Shown: piece after piece, positions 57,811-64,000 of the stretch | Layout: the number at the start of each line of letters is the position of its first letter | Numbering within the stretch: position 1 is the first letter of the stretch | DNA from: Schmidtea polychroa | Lineage: Eukaryota | DNA length: 64,000 bases | Direction of reading: 5' to 3' | NCBI GenBank assembly: GCA_044892525.1 | Contig: CM097888.1 | Coordinates: 52,762,001 to 52,826,000, forward strand | Program-made: the position numbers and the translations under genes | The notes under the pieces: generated by a model | The model's input: the letters and a program-made list of their open reading frames with translations, nothing else | Databases searched by the model: none | What the model was told of the DNA's origin: nothing

Positions 57811-58624
57811 AGGATAGTGACCTTATTTGTACAATAAAAAATTATTATATAGTTACAACCAGTCTTTTGCTATCTAACCAAATATATGCAAGTAGCCCTT
57901 TTTATATGTTTTAGCTGAACGTCGAAAATTGTTAGAAATTTATAAATATATCTTATATGCTAAAATAAATGATATTTATGTGTAATCATATTAACTATAA
58001 TATCTATAGGTTTTTCTATCCTACCTAATTATGAGAGGAAAACTGTTGAAATATATCGTAGAACTTGTAAAGAATAAGAATAACTTGAGAAATTCCAAAA
58101 ACTTTATTTTAGAAACTTTATTAATAGTACCCGGTGTACCGACAACAACACAATCAGCAATAACCTATTAGGAAATAATAATCAGTGACATAATTTGAGT
58201 ATCCAGACAATCAAAAATAATAAATCATACATGCAAGCATAACGTAATATAGGGTAAAGGTTAGGGAAATCAAATATTACATTATAATTACATCAGAAAA
58301 CATATGTTTGTTGTGTTTATATAATTATTTTAATTTAATTTAATGATTAATGAACACAATAAAAGTAGAGACAAAAACACACACTTAATAAAGGCCGTAC
58401 CAAAATATCATGTACCTTATGTATTATTTTGATCTATAGTCTTACAAATATCAATATGAAAATTATTGAATTATAAAAAAGATCAAACGTGAAANNNNNN
58501 NNNNNNNNNNNNNNNNNNNNNNNNNNNNNNNNNNNNNNNNNNNNNNNNNNNNNNNNNNNNNNNNNNNNNNNNNNNNNNNNNNNNNNNNNNNNNNNNNNNN
58601 NNNNNNNNNNNNNNNNNNNNNNNN

Positions 58625-60560
58625 TTAGGATTCTCATCCATTAACACATTAATATCTGTTTGCAAATCACTAAATAATTCCACAAATTTCATTTAATAAA
58701 TTATACGCTCAAAACTTATCTTTTTTTTCATTTTTCCCAGCTAATCTTTATTTCCAAAAACTATCTCTGTCGGGCTTTTTCCTGTCGTTTTTTGTTTGGT
58801 TGCATTTAATGTAAATTCGACTTCTGGTAGTATCTCTGCCCAATCCGTCTTCCTTCTGCCCCGTAAAGTAGCATTTATCAGCTCTCATATTGTCCTGAAT
58901 TGCCTTCTATCTGTCCATTTGTTTGGTGATGGTATGGACTCGAAAAACATAACTTAATATCAAGTTTCTTTGTGAATTCTCTCATCATTCCTGATTCAAA
59001 CGACTTCCCACAATCAACCCTTATCTCCTTTGGGCATCCAAATCTTAAAATCCATTTTTCTAAAATCGTTTTCTTTATTGCTTCCTCGTCTTGTCTTGCT
59101 ATAGCTATCAAGACTTGATACTTACTATACTGGTCTATTATACCAAATATATACTTCTTGTGTCCTTTTGTTTGGTGTCCTTTTTGGTCCACATATATCC
59201 ACGAATATAATTTCGAACATTCTAGTTTTTTTACTGGTTTTTTCGGTGTAATTGTTATAGCCTTGGTTTTTGACAAGTACTCACAACTTTGAATAGTTTC
59301 CTGAATCTGACTCCACAGGATTTTCCCAATATATCTATCTTCCATAAAATCAGCTATCTTCTCGACTCCAGCATGACACAATAGTCTATGGATTTCCTTA
59401 TGGTTTCATGTATCTCGTTTTGTGGTATCATCGTTTCTGTCGTAATTCTTCTTACAAATTTCCTTATTGATTGGTGCTTCTATCTTTTTCTTTGATCGAG
59501 TCTAGTAATCTAGATTTTATCTTTCCTCTCTTAGCTTCTTCGTGGGCCATTTGACATTAAACACACGTTTCACATTTAGTTCTGGACACCATGTCTGCAT
59601 TTTGGTGATTAACACATTTTCTGTATTCAAAGATTATATCCAAACTGCTCAAATAATTGATCCAGGATTGGAATTATGAAGTAATTGGCTTCCTTCCTTG
59701 TAATGCAATATCCTTTTTCATGGCTCGTCATCGAGTGTGATTCATACGCAATTACTCTCTCCTTTCCATCTTTATCTCTTTGTGAAAGCAGTGCTCCAAT
59801 TGTATCAAAACTGGCATCAGTATCTAAAATGAACTCCTTTCTCAGATCCGGAAAGCATATGATTGATGCCGTTGTTTGTGCTACTTTCAATCCCTCAAAT
59901 AATTTATTCGCTCCTTCAGTCCATTCCAGTTTTTTGTTACTGATGAATCTTCTATAATAATTGCAAATGCCTAAAAAGCTTCAAAGTTTCTTTACGCAAC
60001 TTGGCTTTCCAAAGTTTTGTATAGCCTGAATCTTAGATGAATCTGTCTGTATTCCTTCTTTACTGATTATGTGTCCTAAGAATCCGATTTCTTTCTGTAT
60101 TATTTGACACTTTTCTTGGTTAATTTTTAGTCCTGCTTCCTCGATCACTTTTAAGACTTCACTGAGTATTGTATAATGTTTTTCTTTACTACTCGAATAA
60201 ATCAAAATGTCATCCAAATACACCTTTGCTCCATTTATTTTGCCTATTACCTTTGTCATCATTTCCTGGAACGTACCTGATGCTGGAGTAATTCCAAAAG
60301 GCATTCTATTGAAATAGTATTGCCCTTTCTTTTTTGAGAATGCTGTTTTCTCTTGCGATTCTTCATCTAACTCCACTTGGTAATATGCATTACCAAATTC
60401 GATTGAGCTTTGGCAACAATCTTTCGGTTATCGCGTCGGTGTTTACCGCTGCCACCATATTAGGATTCTCATCCGTTAACACATTAATATCTGTTTGCAA
60501 ATCACTAAATAATTCCATAAATTTTATTTAATAAATTATACACTCAAAACTTATCTTTTC
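58625..60560 (-). mobile_element. Internally deleted Ty3/gypsy element: short LTR - PBS - RT(part) - RNase H - integrase - LTR
   Basis: ~100-bp direct repeats at 58625-~58728 and 60458-~60560; RT YFNRMPFG...YLDDILI (59981-60376), RNase H ILDTDASFDTIGALLSQ (59627-59890), integrase HAG...IRVDCGKSF...SSPYHHQTNGQIE (58878-59381); frameshifts; left LTR runs into an N-gap. Confidence 0.9.
60445..60457 (-). promoter_or_regulatory. Primer-binding site TGGTGGCAGCGGT (tRNA-Leu 3'-end complement)
   Basis: Immediately follows the 5' LTR end (...AATCCTAATA) on minus; complementary to the recalled eukaryotic tRNA-Leu 3' end ACCGCUGCCACCA. Confidence 0.8.
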
Positions 60561-63342
60561 TTTTGTTTCTTATTTAAAAAAATTTCAATCTTTCTTTTAA
60601 AATATTTTTCAATAAAAATATTTTTAAAATTTAACAAAATTTCTAATTAAAACTCTTAGAATCTTTCATCTTCCTCATAATATTTATTAAAAAATTGATT
60701 ATGATTCAATAAAGATATCGATGTTTTTTATGTTAAATATTAAATTTAACCCAAATGTTGCCACCGTCCTTTTAAAAGAACGCTCCTTATATATTTTTTT
60801 ATTTTGCATACGCTAGTTATTTAAAGATATCTATAATAAGAATGTGTTTAGCATATCACAATTACAAGTCTTGACCAGTTAACTTCTTTGTTTATTCTTG
60901 ATTTTGTATACACTGCGGTATTTAGTTCTATGATAGTGCAAGAAGTTTTATATTTTTTTTTGAATAAAATAGTTTTGACAACATCTGGGTTAATTAATTT
61001 GAAGCATGCAAAAAATCATTATTAGTGAAATAAATTTTATTACTGAAAAATTCGAGAGTTATTTTAAAAAATATGATAAATTTCGGTTTTCTAATTTTTT
61101 AATGGTGAACACGGCCAAGGATTTAATAAAATATCTGTTATAATATTATATGTAGAAATTGCAATAAAATAAGATATAGTAATTCCAAAAACAGCATGAA
61201 AGAAAATTATTTTTGCAATAAGTTTGGAATAATAGGCGACATGACAAATTTTGCAACGTTTGCAACACTTGCAATGGAGAAAAGACATGAGAAATAAATG
61301 TCTAAGTATCTCATTTAGAGAACATTCAAATGAAAATACCTTGAAAGAAAATCATAAACCAACAAAGATCAAGACACTTACATATAGTTAAGGGTTGCGG
61401 ATTTTACATAACTATATTTAGAATTGAACTTACAGAAAAATATAAAAAGGTATTCCAATCATTTGAGTTAAAGTTATAAATAAAAAACCCATTAAATAAA
61501 ATGAACTTCATCTTGAATAAGAAATAAGGAAATCCCACAGCAATTAAAATAAACAACTTCCAATAAATTTATTGTTGAATATTGTTACATGACGTTCTTT
61601 CCCAACAATTGACAAAACATCTACAAAATAAGTTCATAACTTCCAGAGATGAAGGAAAGTTTCCTCATTGAATGACGGATTAAGTCAAATGCTATGCCAA
61701 ATTGGGGTCGAGATTTATTTTTAAGGAATTTACACAATTTTAGGGATTTCGAAACTATCGTAAAAGAATGATTGAAACTTTTAAAAACTTTAAAAACTAT
61801 TTTCAGAAAAATATCGATGTTTTTCAAGTCAATTTCTGAAAAGTGAATTTCTTGAAAAAGGCAGTTCCAAAATTTCGTGAGTATCAAAAACATCGATATA
61901 TTACTGATTTANNNNNNNNNNNNNNNNNNNNNNNNNNNNNNNNNNNNNNNNNNNNNNNNNNNNNNNNNNNNNNNNNNNNNNNNNNNNNNNNNNNNNNNNN
62001 NNNNNNNNNNNNNNNNNNNNNNNNNNNNNNNNNNNNNNNNNNNNNNNNNNNNNNNNNNNNNNNNNNNNNNNNNNNNNNNNNNNNNNNNNNNNNNNNNNNN
62101 NNNNNNNNNNNNNNNNNNNGAATCAGTAACGATATAAAAGCATCGATATAATTACTGATTCATAATCCAGCCTTCTAATAAATACAATGTCAATTGAAAA
62201 GATATCGGATGTGAAAATTGAAAAAAGTTCTTATGATATTATTTTTTACATTAAAAACTCGGGAAAAATCATGAAAATTTATGAATGGTTCCATTTATCA
62301 AATTGTTTTATTGAAAATCAAACAATAGTTAGAAGGAATGGCGGAGGAGACATATTTATAAAATACGTATGGAACAAATCAAATTATTTATTAATATTCG
62401 AAAACTAACATTTTATTACTGGCGCTTTCTTTTTCATCTGAGGGAGCATTGACTTGAAGCGATCCCGAATTTTCAATGGCATTGATATAAATCCTGTTAA
62501 TCTCCGACAAAAAGGTTTCGCACAATCCAAATCCGGATAAAAATATATATGTATATTTATATATCTATACGTATATAAACAACACGTTAATTGCTTCACA
62601 GAAATCGGGGTTTTTGTTTTAATTCTATTAATAAACACAAAACATTTCTGTAGAAATTTTGGATAGAAAATGTTTTGAAAAAAACAGGTAGATGAATTTT
62701 TTATATGGGAAAATAAAACATACTGAATTTTTCTAGTCAGATAGGAGCAATTAAGTTTCTATGTGACTGACTTAGGGACAGAAGGCTACAGAGGGATGTA
62801 ATGTATGTAAAGAGACGCTTGCCCTGCTGTTGTGTTCGACTAAATTATGAATTTTTACAGGATTTTTTAACACCAAAATTGCTGTTTTAATTTCAGTGTA
62901 TTTCTGCTATTTTGAATATCGTATGTCAATTAGTTGGAGAAATTCCATCAACAGTGAAAACTGATGAGCAAATGATAGAATAGGAAAGGGCTTCCTTCTC
63001 TATGGCGATTCCCAATTAAATCTGTTCCTGTGTCGCTTTTGTAGTTTTGACTTGTGCAAGCAGAATTTACAATGGACATTCAGTTGCTAATTTGATTGTA
63101 TTTTTTATGTAGATTTTACTCTTCCTTTGAAGAGAAGTTTTGTAGATTTTTGCATTCACTTTAACACGTCAAACAATGTCAAATCTGCCTACAGTAATTT
63201 CTAATAAGNNNNNNNNNNNNNNNNNNNNNNNNNNNNNNNNNNNNNNNNNNNNNNNNNNNNNNNNNNNNNNNNNNNNNNNNNNNNNNNNNNNNNNNNNNNN
63301 NNNNNNNNNNNNNNNNNNNNNNNNNNNNNNNNNNNNNNNNNN

Positions 63343-63591
63343 AAAGATTTTACAGCAGATGAATAACTATACAATATTGATAATTTAAAAATATTTTTCA
63401 ACAATAAATTATTTAAACTTTTATAATTCTTAAAAATTTTATTTTAATTATTTTTTTAATTATTTAACATAACTATTATTCAATATACATCAACATACAA
63501 AAACTTAATTAAAAACATTCAACACACACGTGTTCACTGCATTCTGCATATTGATTTTAAGATTAAAAGTTCTTATCAATAATGCTTCACA
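63343..63591 (-). mobile_element. Penelope-like 3' end (second copy of the 51.7-52.07 kb family)
   Basis: Homologous to 51709-52070 (CEALLIRTFNLKINMQNAVNTCVLNVF; GATGAATAACTATAC at 63358); continues into an N-gap. Confidence 0.88.
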
Positions 63592-63594
63592 TAT

Positions 63595-64000
63595 GTGCAT
63601 TCGATCAGCAATATCTGGATACATTGTCGAACTACTATCGAAGACTGTATTTCTATATAAATCTTTACGAATATCACCAGTCTCTTCCAGCTAAATTAAT
63701 TCAAGAAATAGCATGAGATAACACACAAGTTTCAAAAATTGCCATATTGTGAGATTAGAGTCCAAAGCGATAGCCGAGGAACGACCTGAAGCGTACAAAG
63801 AAAGAACTGCTTGAATGGAAAAATACATCATTAGTGCATTTAATGTCTACAACATAATTTGAGTCATGGATCCTCTGGATCCTCTGTCAGCTTTGGGAAT
63901 ATTGAAATAACTTCTCGATCAGTTATTGAGATTGCATTGCCGGATCCAATAGATTTAAAATGAAGAAAGACATCTTTAGAGCTACTATCATTGCCAACAC
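63595..64000 (-). pseudogene. Actin pseudogene fragment with deletions
   Basis: Minus strand pieces PKADR..[79 protein letters not shown] match actin [88 protein letters not shown]; stops and a large deletion; continues past the window end. Confidence 0.88.

Noticed and set aside
62405-63100. GC-elevated minus-strand segments that may be exons
   Set aside because: No motif and no validated splice pattern; left unannotated.

Overview
Eukaryotic (metazoan), very AT-rich draft-assembly DNA with many N-gaps; no prokaryotic operons or CRISPR arrays seen. Three spliced host genes were reconstructed by hand from GT-AG junctions and family motifs: a proton-coupled amino-acid transporter (SLC36 family, + strand, last four exons 1883-9596, 5' exons outside the window), an activin type II receptor (ACVR2/punt-like, - strand, 37213-16910) and a KChIP-type neuronal calcium sensor (- strand, ~50700-47200). 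Introns are either tiny (31-47 nt) or kb-sized and filled with transposons: one apparently intact hAT-superfamily element (10220-13391, 741-aa transposase) inserted into a dispersed 28S rRNA 3'-end fragment, several hAT derivatives/MITEs with TIRs and 8-bp TSDs, pogo, Tc1/mariner and Harbinger remnants, Ty3/gypsy fragments, two related ~1-kb solo LTRs, and three Penelope-like (GIY-YIG) fragments. The most interesting signals: (i) a hammerhead-ribozyme-like motif in the 3' region of a Penelope-like family, with another copy forming a ~180-bp palindrome whose axis sits at the predicted self-cleavage site; (ii) two dispersed copies of the same 28S rRNA segment, one split by the intact hAT; (iii) a deleted actin pseudogene joined to a Penelope 3' end. 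Everything was read by eye without alignment or database tools; family names rest on recalled motifs and approximate boundaries are marked.
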